Positions 10,625 to 20,568 of a DNA stretch of 64,000 nt are shown piece after piece; positions within the stretch are counted from its first letter, which is position 1, and each line of letters opens with the position of its first letter. Source of the stretch: Deinococcus sp. (GTDB taxonomy: Bacteria; Deinococcota; Deinococci; Deinococcales; Deinococcaceae); NCBI GenBank assembly GCA_965261005.1, contig OZ253375.1, forward strand, positions 1,088,001 to 1,152,000. Reading direction: 5' to 3'. The notes under the pieces were generated by a model. That model saw only the letters and a program-made list of their open reading frames with translations, made no database searches and was not told the origin of the DNA. Both the position numbers and the translations under genes were made by a program.

Positions 10625-11629
10625 TCAATTCGCCGTGCTTTTGACCGTCGTCGCGCGTTCACCCCTGCCAAAAAAACTGCTGAGACCACCGCGCAGCTTA
10701 CGGCGCGTTCGCATGGGCATAAGCCAGATGCCCAAATAACGCAGGATTTCAAAGGCACGTCCTCCATTAACAACGATTTCACGCAGTAAACTTAAAAATG
10801 TTACCGCATTTCCTTGTTGAGCAGCGAAGGGAGAAACGACCGACACAATGAAGCCCACATAAGCATTCCTGCTAATGTTATATTCTTGCTTATGTTTCCT
10901 GAGCCATTTCAAAGACCATTTCCACTTTCCAATTTGCGACATCTGATTTCTGTCTTCTTCATAATGCCAGATTGCCATGATGTCCAACGGCACTTCCAAG
11001 CCGACACCACCGGATCTGGCTACTCTCAAGAGCCAATCTGTATCCTGATGCTTGAGCAAACCGGACTTGAAAGGCACCCTCGACAAAAGTTCTTTTCTGG
11101 TAAAAATCACTGTGCTCATCAGCGAACATTCCCGCTCGCTCAGGCTCTTTCGAGCAAGCAAATAGTCGCCAATCGGTTCACCCGCGTCAGGCAACCTGGA
11201 GGGGCTTCGGAAGTCTCCTTGCGGTGTGCGTGTGATCCAGCCACAGGCCACCACGGGCTGGGGATACTGCGAGGCCCGCGCCACCCGAAGCTGCCGCTCC
11301 AACTTTTCGGGTAGCCACTCGTCGTCGTCGTCAAGTAAAGCGATCCACTCGCCACGCGCCGCTTGGACGCCCGCATTGCGCGCGTCGCTGCCCCCCACGT
11401 TCGCGGGCAACGCCAACACCCGCAACCGGGCGTCGTCCACCGCCAACAACGCCCGCTCGGTAACCACATCCGGCCCATCGATCACCACGATCACTTCAAT
11501 GTTTCGGTACGTCTGTTCCAGTGCGCTGGGCAAAGCGCGCTCCATCAAGAGTGCCACCCGTTGACGCGTCGGTATCACCACCGAAACCGTTGGCGTCTCT
11601 GTTGAACCCGTTATCTGCTTGTTCACCAC
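10625..11629 (-). CDS. Glycosyltransferase family 2 (paralogue of 5437)
   Basis: VSVVIPT, ARNAG, LLDDDDEW, HQDTDW; AT-rich 3' half. Confidence 0.9.
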   Translation of the reverse strand: MVNKQITGSTETPTVSVVIPTRQRVALLMERALPSALEQTYRNIEVIVVIDGPDVVTERALLAVDDARLRVLALPANVGGSDARNAGVQAARGEWIALLDDDDEWLPEKLERQLRVARASQYPQPVVACGWITRTPQGDFRSPSRLPDAGEPIGDYLLARKSLSERECSLMSTVIFTRKELLSRVPFKSGLLKHQDTDWLLRVARSGGVGLEVPLDIMAIWHYEEDRNQMSQIGKWKWSLKWLRKHKQEYNISRNAYVGFIVSVVSPFAAQQGNAVTFLSLLREIVVNGGRAFEILRYLGIWLMPMRTRRKLRGGLSSFFGRGERATTVKSTAN

Positions 11630-11881
11630 CGAAAAACCTCTTTCGTCAACGGCTCAAGAAGCCGCGCGTCCTCAAAAAGTCCGGTTTGCAGAGAGTCACT
11701 TCCTCAAAAGGGAAAGAGCAGGCGAATTACCGGACGCCGCTGCAACCACGTCACTATACCCTGCCATTCTTAGAAGCCAACCGTCTCTTGAGGGTTGACC
11801 AAATCAGCTTTCGGTCAGGTCCGAGTTCCCACGGCCGGCGCGCCGGAACCATTGGCATTCCCCCCAATAAGGCTCTGCTCT

Positions 11882-11979
11882 TCATCTCTTCGTTAAACTT
11901 CTTTCATGGACAGCTATTTGTTGCAGCTTCCCCAAATGGGAGCGGGTAGCTTCGGAAAAACTCCAAATTATAAAAAACC
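11882..11979 (-). pseudogene. Orphan C-terminal tail of the IS-disrupted GT2
   Basis: FFIIWSFSEATRSHL aligns by eye with RYLGIWLMPMRTRRKL and RYAATWLFPQQARRHL of the two intact GT2 proteins. Confidence 0.55.
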
Positions 11980-12050
11980 GTATCTGATTAGCGGTGTACC
12001 CGTCGGTGGCGTTGCCAAGTGGACGCCGAGGGGTAAAGAGGGTTTGAAAC
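11980..12050 (-). mobile_element. IS66-like right-end remnant
   Basis: Begins GTATCTGATTAGCGG, the terminal repeat of the IS66-like copies, and ends abruptly at the IS4 terminus. Confidence 0.6.
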
Positions 12051-13215
12051 CTCAGTACCCGACAGGAAGGTCTAAAGGTTGTGTGACACGAGGAGAGACA
12101 GCAGAGCCGGGGCAAACTGTGGTTGATGAGTACCCAGCCCCCCGGCACCACTGACGCTACCCTGCGCGCGCTCGTCGCGCAACACCTGCCCGGACGCCGC
12201 TCTGACCAGCGCGCTCGTCTCGCCGATATGTTGCTCGCTACCGTCCACGCCCAGCACGTCACTCACCGCAAACTCGCTCAGCACTTGCCGGGTGACGCCC
12301 GACCCGAAAGCAAAGAACGTCGCGTCGCCCGCTTCTTCGCCGCAGAGACCTTCACTCAGCACGAGGCCGCCCAACTGATCCTGCCGCTGTTGGGGAGCGG
12401 CAAGTTGACGCTCGCGATGGACCGCACCAACTGGCGCTATGGGCAATATGATCACAACATCTTGGTGATTGGGGCGGTGTTTGCTGGCTACGCTCTCCCC
12501 TTGGTGTGGGACGTGCTGGACCACGGCGGCGCCAGTTCGACCGCTGCCAGAATCGCGCTGCTCGACCGGCTGCTGAGCGTCATTCCCGCACAGCGCATTG
12601 CGGTGCTGCTGGCCGACCGTGAGTTCGTGGGCAAAGACTGGTTCGCGGCCCTGGAACAACGACGGCTCAAGCGCTGCATCCGCATTCGTGAGGACACCCT
12701 GCTCGATGACATCGCGGTTCGAGACGCCTTTGCACACCTGACGCCCGGCGAGGTGCGCGGCCTGCTCGACAAAGAGGTGGTCTACGGCGCTGAGATGCAG
12801 GTGGTTGCCACGCTGTCTAGCGAGGGCGAGCGCGTTGTGATCGCTTCGGACCTCTCGCTGTTCGACACCTGTGAGCGCTACCGGTCGCGCTGGTCCATCG
12901 AATGCACCTTCGGCGCCTACAAGCTGCGCAGCCTCAATCTGGAGGCGACCCACATGACCGACCCCGCCCGCATTGAAACGCTGGTTGGACTGCTCACCGT
13001 CGCCTTTGTCTGGGCATTGTTGGTCGGTCTGGTGCGGGAACAGGAGGCGCCCGTACGGCTCAAAACGCACGGGCGCAAAGCCAAGAGCACCTTCCTGACC
13101 GGCCTCGATCTGCTTGTGGACGCCCTCAAGTGGAACCTTGAGCGCGCAAGGTCTTGTCTGGCCCTCCTCTTCCCGGCCCTTCAGATGCCACCGACCCTAC
13201 CTGTCGGGTACTGAG
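12051..13215 (+). mobile_element. IS4-family insertion sequence
   Basis: 20-bp terminal IRs CTCAGTACCCGACAGG(A/T)AGG; no matching target duplication. Confidence 0.9.
12126..13214 (+). CDS. IS4-family DDE transposase
   Basis: MDRTNW, LADREF, Y..RW.IE (YREK) motifs; ORF intact. Confidence 0.9.
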   Translation: MSTQPPGTTDATLRALVAQHLPGRRSDQRARLADMLLATVHAQHVTHRKLAQHLPGDARPESKERRVARFFAAETFTQHEAAQLILPLLGSGKLTLAMDRTNWRYGQYDHNILVIGAVFAGYALPLVWDVLDHGGASSTAARIALLDRLLSVIPAQRIAVLLADREFVGKDWFAALEQRRLKRCIRIREDTLLDDIAVRDAFAHLTPGEVRGLLDKEVVYGAEMQVVATLSSEGERVVIASDLSLFDTCERYRSRWSIECTFGAYKLRSLNLEATHMTDPARIETLVGLLTVAFVWALLVGLVREQEAPVRLKTHGRKAKSTFLTGLDLLVDALKWNLERARSCLALLFPALQMPPTLPVGY

Positions 13216-13652
13216 GGTTCACCCGCGTCAGGCAACCTGGAGGGGCTTCGGAAGTCCCCTTGCGGTGTGCGTGTGATCCAGCCACAGGCCACCACGGGCT
13301 GGGGATACTGCGAGGCCCGCGCCACCCGAAGCTGTCGCTCCAACTTTTCGGGTAGCCACTCGTCGTCGTCAAGTAAAGCGATCCACTCGCCACGCGCCGC
13401 TTGGACGCCCGTATTGCGCGCGTCGCTGCCCCCTACGTTCGCGGGCAACGCCAACACCCGCAACCGGGCGTCGTCCACCGCCAACAACGCCCGCTCGGTA
13501 ACCACATCCGGCCCATCGATCACCACGATCACTTCAATGTTTCGGTACGTCTGTTCCAGTGCGCTGGGCAAAGCGCGCTCCATCAAGAGTGCCACCCGTT
13601 GACGCGTCGGTATCACCACCGAAACCGTTGGCGTCTCTGTTAAACCCGTCAT
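13216..13652 (-). pseudogene. 5' half of a GT2 gene truncated by IS4
   Basis: Near-identical to 11175-11612; cut at the IS4 end; lies directly after uxs in operon position. Confidence 0.9.
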
Positions 13653-13662
13653 TCACCGCCCA

Positions 13663-14627
<965 letters not shown>

Positions 14628-14631
<4 letters not shown>

Positions 14632-16025
14632 GCAGTTGTCTCGGCCGGTTGGGGGCGGGGCGGGCGCTTGCCGATTTGCTCGACCGTACCTTGCAGCGGC
14701 AATTGACTGATCACGTTGCGGGTGTCGATGATCAGGCGGTTGCGCATGCCGGCGAGGGCACTGTCCCAATCAAGCTGCCGGTACTCGTCCCACTCGGTGG
14801 CGACGATCACCGCGTCCGCGCCGTGTAAAGCCTCTTCCACGTTGGCCGCTTCTTGGTAGTTCAGGTGGCCCCACTCACGGCGCGCGCGCGGCATGGCGAT
14901 GGGATCGTGGGCGACCACCGTAGCGCCGAGTTCGTTGAGGCGCGCGATGCAGTCGTGGGCCGGCGCGTCGCGCAGATCGTCGGTATTGGGCTTGAAGGCC
15001 ATGCCCAGCAGCGCGACGCGCTTGCCCTTGAGGCGGTGCAGGTGACGTTGCAGCTTGGAAATGATCAGGTGACGCTGGCGGCGGTTGACCTCCACGGCCG
15101 CCTCCAGAATGGGCATTTGATAGCCATACTCCTGGCCAGTGCTGATCAACGCCGAGGTGTCCTTGCCGAAGCAAGAGCCGCCCCAACCTGCGCCGGCGGC
15201 CAAGAAGCGGTGGCCGATCCGCTGGTCGTAGCCGATGCCGCGCGTCACCTCCTCGATGTCCGCGTCCACCCGCTCACACAGCCCAGCAATCTCATTGGCA
15301 AAGCTGATCTTGAGCGCCAAAAAAGCGTTGGCCGCGTACTTGATCATCTCGGCGCTGCTCAGGCCGGTCTCAACCAGCACCGGCCCGGTGTAGTTCTCAG
15401 GACGCGGCACGTAGCTCGGCGCGGCGAAACTTTGATCGAGCAGCGGGGCGTACAGCTCGCGCATGCGCGCGATGCCCGCCGGGCTGTCACTGCCCAGCAC
15501 AATGCGGTCGGGATATAGGCTGTCGTGCAGCGCCGTGCCCTCGCGCAAAAATTCCGGGTTGCTCACGACCAGGTAACGGTTTTCGTGGTAGGCGGCGGCA
15601 TGCTCTTCCAGCAAGCGCGCCACCCAGTCACCGGTTCCCACCGGCACGGTACTTTTGTTCACGACGACCTGCACCTTGCCGTTCAAGTTCTGGGCCACGC
15701 TTTTGGCGGCCTCGGCCACGAAGCGCAAGTCCGGCTGGCCGCTGGGCAGGGGCGGCGTGCCCACACAGATAAAAATGGCGTCCGCGTCTGGGATGGCCGC
15801 AGAGTAATCGGTGGTCCAGGTCAGGCGCGCTTGGCTGTCGAGCAGCAGTTGGTCGAGGCCCGGCTCGTAAATGGGCAACTCACCGCGCCGCAACAAATCG
15901 ATCTTGCCTTGGTCAACGTCGAGTCCGACCACCTCGTGCCCCAAATAGGCCAACATAATGGCCGTGCCCAGCCCAACATAACCTGTGCCGACGACCGCAA
16001 CTTTCAAGGGTTCCAAGTTTTGCAT
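14628..16025 (-). CDS. ugd: UDP-glucose 6-dehydrogenase
   Basis: [40 protein letters not shown]. Confidence 0.95.
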
Positions 16026-16084
16026 ACGCACATCCTTCTGCAAATGGGCGAACGGGCCTGCGCCGAACCCATCTCACACTGAGC

Positions 16085-16116
16085 ACATTAAAGGCCGGGG
16101 CGCTAAAGAAAGATAA
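16085..16116 (-). promoter_or_regulatory. Putative SARP-type activator site plus -10 for ugd-uxs
   Basis: Minus strand TTATCTT-N4-TAGCGCC-N8-TAATGT. Confidence 0.7.
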
Positions 16117-16220
16117 ATGCCACAGAGATACTTCTCTGCTTAACACGCGTTAATACAATGCCAGTCAACCTTGAGAGAACGCTCCTAAGATCCTCAGTAA
16201 AACAGGCGAGGACTCTTTTT

Positions 16221-17177
16221 TTAAGCTGTACTTTTAAGCGGAGGAACGGTGGCCGCAAGCAGCCAATTGAGCGTGCTCCGAAGACCGTCCTCAAGCGAGG
16301 TTCGGGCCTGCCAAATCTCCCTCTTGCTGACCTGCGCGTCCAACCCCACGGGGTGTTGGTGAGGCTGGGCGGCGAGGGTGAAATCGAGTTGTCCCGCAAA
16401 GCCGACCAAGCCCTTGATCGTTTGGGCCAACTCACACAAGGTGGGCGATTCGGCAGGCTCCAAGCGAACGGCGCCTGGCCCCGAATGGCTGTACAGCAGC
16501 GACAGGCAGGCGTCGGCCAAATCCTCGATGTAGAACAGCTGACAGCGCGTGCCTTCGGCGCCAGGCACGGTGAGGCCGGGCAAGTTTAGCTCCTTTGCGC
16601 GCAGCATGTCGCGCAACACCGAGGGAATCACGTGACGGCGCTCCGAGTCGAAGTGGATGCCGGGACCATACGGCCCGGCGAACACGGCGCTCACGAAGTC
16701 ACAGCCGTACTGAATTCGGTAGCTGTCGCACAGCTCGGTTGCAGCGATGCGAACAACGTCGCAGGCGCGGTCCATTTCACCGACCAAATCCGACCACAAA
16801 CTCGCCATCTCAGAGGTGTCGGGCAACAGCTCAAAGGGCACTTGGCCATGACCGACGTACAAGAGCTTTTCGACTTCGTACAGGTAAGAAGCGTGGATCA
16901 GGTTCATGGCGACGCTCAGATTGTCGTGCAGCCACTGCGCCGGATACATCGCGTCGAGCAATCCGCCGTCCATCTTGGCAGTCGAGAACAGCACGTAGTC
17001 GGGCAGCTCCCGCTCAAAAAAAACAGCCAAGGCCACCTTATCGCGCAAATCCAAGTCTTGCGGAGGGGCGGTCAACACGTTGGTATACCCCCGCCCCTCC
17101 AAGCGTTTGAGCAGCGCCGCCCCAACCGGTTCGGTATGGCGCGCCACAAAAATCTTGGCGTGTCGCGGCGGCCTCAC
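16221..17177 (-). CDS. GDP-L-fucose synthase-like protein with degenerate catalytic motifs
   Basis: Collinear with the adjacent Fcl (LDLRD, FFE.E.P.YV, ELCDSYR.QYG.DF, YGPG..F), but GxxGxxG, GSSC and YxxxK are replaced; GTG 17177 gives 318 aa. Confidence 0.8.
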   Translation of the reverse strand: MRPPRHAKIFVARHTEPVGAALLKRLEGRGYTNVLTAPPQDLDLRDKVALAVFFERELPDYVLFSTAKMDGGLLDAMYPAQWLHDNLSVAMNLIHASYLYEVEKLLYVGHGQVPFELLPDTSEMASLWSDLVGEMDRACDVVRIAATELCDSYRIQYGCDFVSAVFAGPYGPGIHFDSERRHVIPSVLRDMLRAKELNLPGLTVPGAEGTRCQLFYIEDLADACLSLLYSHSGPGAVRLEPAESPTLCELAQTIKGLVGFAGQLDFTLAAQPHQHPVGLDAQVSKREIWQARTSLEDGLRSTLNWLLAATVPPLKSTA

Positions 17178-17268
17178 ACGTCCACCCAAAAACGCCCCGA
17201 GAGGGACAGCGTCCGCTGATTGTAAAAGCGCTTGCCGAGGAGAGGTTGCTTTGGGCGCACGATCATCC

Positions 17269-18216
17269 TCAACTTCTGACCAAATCGCCGTCACGGTGGG
17301 CCAAATACCACGCCAGCGTCTGTTCAATGCCGTCGCGGAGCGTCGTGCTGGCTTGCCAGCCGAGTAAACGCAGCTTGCCAACGTCCATCAGCTTGCGCGG
17401 CGTGCCGTCGGGCTTGCTGACATCGAAGACGAGTTCGCCGCCGTAGCCCACCACCTCACGGATCAGCAGCGCGAGGTCGCGAATCGAGAGGTCCTCGCCG
17501 GTGCCCACGTTGATGGGGCCGCTTTCGCTGACGTTCTGCATCAAGAACAGACAGGCGTCGGCCAAGTCGTCCACGTGTAAAAACTCGCGCATGGGTGTGC
17601 CCGAACCCCACACCTCCACAGTCGGCGCGCCGCGCTCACGCGCGTCCACCACCTTGCGCATTAGGGCGGGCATCACGTGCGAGCTGCTGAGATCGAAGTT
17701 GTCTCCCGGACCGTACAGGTTGGTGGGCATGGCACTGATAAAGTCGCGGCCGTACTGAGCGCGGTAGCTGTCGCACAACTCGATGGCGGCAATCTTGGCC
17801 ACCGCGTAGGCACGGTTGGTCTCTTCGAGGGGACCGCTCAGCAGGTACTCCTCACGCAGAGGCTGTGGCGCCAGCTTGGGATAGATGCAGCTGCTGCCCA
17901 AGTTGAGCAGCTTGCGCACGTCGGTCTCAAAAGCGGCATGAATAACGTTGGCCGCGATCATCAGGTTGTCATACAAAAATTGGGCGGGCTGAGTGCTGTT
18001 CGCCAAGATGCCCCCCACCTTGGCCGCCGCCAGAAAGACGTACTCAGGCCGTTCGGCTTCAAAGAAGCCGCGCACCGCCCCTTGGTCGCGCAAATCAAGT
18101 TCGCGGCTGGTCCGCGTAATCACGTTGCCGTAACCCTCTCGCTGCAAGCGGCGCAGCAAGGCCCCACCAACCATGCCGCCGTGCCCCGCCACGTAAATTT
18201 TCGCGCTGCTCTCCAT
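17269..18216 (-). CDS. fcl: GDP-L-fucose synthase
   Basis: AGHGGMVG, AAAKVGGI, LGSSCIYP, YAVAK, MPTNLYGP, DGTPRK. Confidence 0.95.
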   Translation of the reverse strand: MESSAKIYVAGHGGMVGGALLRRLQREGYGNVITRTSRELDLRDQGAVRGFFEAERPEYVFLAAAKVGGILANSTQPAQFLYDNLMIAANVIHAAFETDVRKLLNLGSSCIYPKLAPQPLREEYLLSGPLEETNRAYAVAKIAAIELCDSYRAQYGRDFISAMPTNLYGPGDNFDLSSSHVMPALMRKVVDARERGAPTVEVWGSGTPMREFLHVDDLADACLFLMQNVSESGPINVGTGEDLSIRDLALLIREVVGYGGELVFDVSKPDGTPRKLMDVGKLRLLGWQASTTLRDGIEQTLAWYLAHRDGDLVRS

Positions 18217-18273
18217 GCTCCCTCCCCTTTCCCCACTCGGCGTGCTCAGCGGGGCGCTCGGCCCCGCACCGGT

Positions 18274-19323
18274 TCAATCGACGCCGACGCCCTTGAGGGC
18301 GATTTGGTGCCCGGCCTTGATCAAGGTCTGCTCCTGCTTCGCGAGTTCAAGGTCATGCTCGACCATCTCGCTCACCAAAGCCTCGAAGCTGGTCTTCGGC
18401 TGCCAATGCAGCGCCGCGCGCGTCTCCTTGGCGTCGCCCAACAGGTAGTCCACCTCGGCGGGCCGAAAGTAGCGTGGGTCCACCTCGACGTAGTCCTCGG
18501 CGTCGAGGCCAGCCAAGGCGAAGGCGCGCTCGGCGAACTCCCGTACGCTGTAGGCCTCGCCCGTCGCGATCACATAGTCGCGCGGCGCGTCTTGCTGCAA
18601 CATCAGCCACATCGCCTCGACGTAGTCGCGGGCGTGGCCCCAGTCACGCTTGGCCTCCAAGTTGCCCAGGTACAGCTTCTTTTGGAGTCCCATCTTGATG
18701 CGGCCGACGGCGCGGGTGATCTTGCGGGTCACGAAGGTCTCGCCGCGGCGCGGGCTTTCATGGTTGAACAGAATTCCGTTGCAGGCGTACATGTCGTAGG
18801 CTTCGCGGTGATTGACCGTTTGCCAAAACGAGTAGACCTTGGCGACCGCGTACGGACTGCGTGGGTGGAACGGCGTGGCGAGGCCTTGCGGCGGTTTGGC
18901 GGCGCCAAACATCTCGGAACTGGACGCTTGGTAGTACTTGACCGCGTGTCCGGTACGGTCGCGGTAATCGCGAATGGCTTCCAGCAAACGCAGGGTGCCC
19001 AGGCCGGTGATGTCGGCGGTGTACTCGGCTTGGTCGAAGCTGACCTTGACGTGCGACTGCGCACCCAGATTGTAGACCTCGTCGGGCTGCACGCGCTCGA
19101 TCAGCACGCGCAGATTGCCGCTGTCCGCCAAGTCGCCGTAGTGCAGGTACATGTGCGCCTGAGGATCGTGCGGATCGCGGTAGAGATGGTCAATGCGCTC
19201 GGTGTTGAAGCTGCTGGCGCGCCGAATGATGCCGTGAACCTCATAACCCTTGGCGAGCAACAGCTCGGCCAGGTACGAACCGTCTTGCCCCGTGATGCCG
19301 GTGAGCAGCGCTTTTTTGGTCAT
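18274..19323 (-). CDS. gmd: GDP-mannose 4,6-dehydratase
   Basis: [38 protein letters not shown]. Confidence 0.97.
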   Translation of the reverse strand: MTKKALLTGITGQDGSYLAELLLAKGYEVHGIIRRASSFNTERIDHLYRDPHDPQAHMYLHYGDLADSGNLRVLIERVQPDEVYNLGAQSHVKVSFDQAEYTADITGLGTLRLLEAIRDYRDRTGHAVKYYQASSSEMFGAAKPPQGLATPFHPRSPYAVAKVYSFWQTVNHREAYDMYACNGILFNHESPRRGETFVTRKITRAVGRIKMGLQKKLYLGNLEAKRDWGHARDYVEAMWLMLQQDAPRDYVIATGEAYSVREFAERAFALAGLDAEDYVEVDPRYFRPAEVDYLLGDAKETRAALHWQPKTSFEALVSEMVEHDLELAKQEQTLIKAGHQIALKGVGVD

Positions 19324-20093
19324 ACAGTTTTCTCCAAGGAGTTGAAGTTACGTACGCCCAACATCTGTAGGGCGAACAGTCCCACGAAACGCGGGTTGTG
19401 CTTGGCGTAACGCCGCCACAACCGGCGCGGCTCCATCAGCAGCCTGAACAGCCACTCCATGCCCACCCGTTGAAGCGCCGGGGGCGCCTGCTTAACGCGG
19501 CCGGAGTGAAAGTCAAAGGCCGCGCCGACGCCCAGCATCACGGCGGAAAGGCGGCGCAAATGGTCGGCCATCCAGCGCTCTTGCTTGGGGCAACCGATGC
19601 CCACCAAGACGATGCGCGCGCCGGAGTCCACCAACTGCTGGGTGTACGCCGCATCCTCTTCGGCGGTCGGCGTCCGGAAGGGCGGGGCAATCTGGCACAC
19701 CACCTGAATTTCCGGGAAGCGCGCTTCGAGAAACGTCACGAAGTCGCGCAGGCTTTCGGGCGTACCGCCGTACAGTCCGATGGGCACGCCCTCGCGCGCC
19801 GCCGCCTCGCACACCCGCAGCGTTAGGGTCGGGCCGTACACCCGGCTCGCTTCACGCGCCCCCAGTGCCCTCAGCGCCCACACCAGGGGCATGCCGTCCG
19901 GCACGACCAAGTCGGCCCGGTTCACGACCCCGCGAAAAGAAGCGCTGTCGTACGTCTCCATCACCATGTGAACGTTCGCCGCGCACACGTAACGGCTTTC
20001 GCCAGCTTTTGCCCAGTCCAGCACCCGCGCCGTCGCGCCCGCGTAGTCGCTCACGTCGGCGCGCATACCCAGAATTGAGCGTGCGGCGCTCAT
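19320..20093 (-). CDS. WecB/TagA/CpsF family glycosyltransferase (GT26)
   Basis: [36 protein letters not shown]. Confidence 0.93.
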   Translation of the reverse strand: MSAARSILGMRADVSDYAGATARVLDWAKAGESRYVCAANVHMVMETYDSASFRGVVNRADLVVPDGMPLVWALRALGAREASRVYGPTLTLRVCEAAAREGVPIGLYGGTPESLRDFVTFLEARFPEIQVVCQIAPPFRTPTAEEDAAYTQQLVDSGARIVLVGIGCPKQERWMADHLRRLSAVMLGVGAAFDFHSGRVKQAPPALQRVGMEWLFRLLMEPRRLWRRYAKHNPRFVGLFALQMLGVRNFNSLEKTV

Positions 20094-20208
20094 AAGTTGA
20101 CCTCAGCCGGGCGCCAAGCCCACTGGGCGACCTTTGATTGAAAATTTTTTGCTGCCATTCACCCTTCCTTCTCGCCCGTTTCCGAGACACACGAGCGGAA
20201 ATGTCCGC

Positions 20209-20240
20209 ATGGTGAACGATTAGGCGTTAAGTGGGCGTTA
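20209..20240 (-). promoter_or_regulatory. Putative SARP-type activator site plus -10 for the wecB-gmd-fcl operon
   Basis: Minus strand perfect repeat TAACGCC-N4-TAACGCC-N8-CACCAT. Confidence 0.75.
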
Positions 20241-20568
20241 AAGCCGGATTTTTCTCATGACCGGCCAACCGGCAAGGTCTGGCCAGCCTTGAGCAAGCCG
20301 GACGCGAGACAGCGGCAGCAGCGGCGGTGAAACCGAGCAGAGCGCCCGATCACTCATCAAACGTCCTTAGCAGGCACTGATACACTTACCCGCGACCGCC
20401 GGGATTATGTTCATGGAGGCTTTAGCTTTGCAAGCGAACGCGAAGCTGGGCTGTTAGCCTAAAAGAACGAGCGGCCATTCGCCAAGCTCCGCTTTGGGCG
20501 GTTGGTCAGGTGCAAGTCAGAAAAAACACCTATCTTTGGTGTCGCTGTAGAGCGGGCGGAGGTCTATT

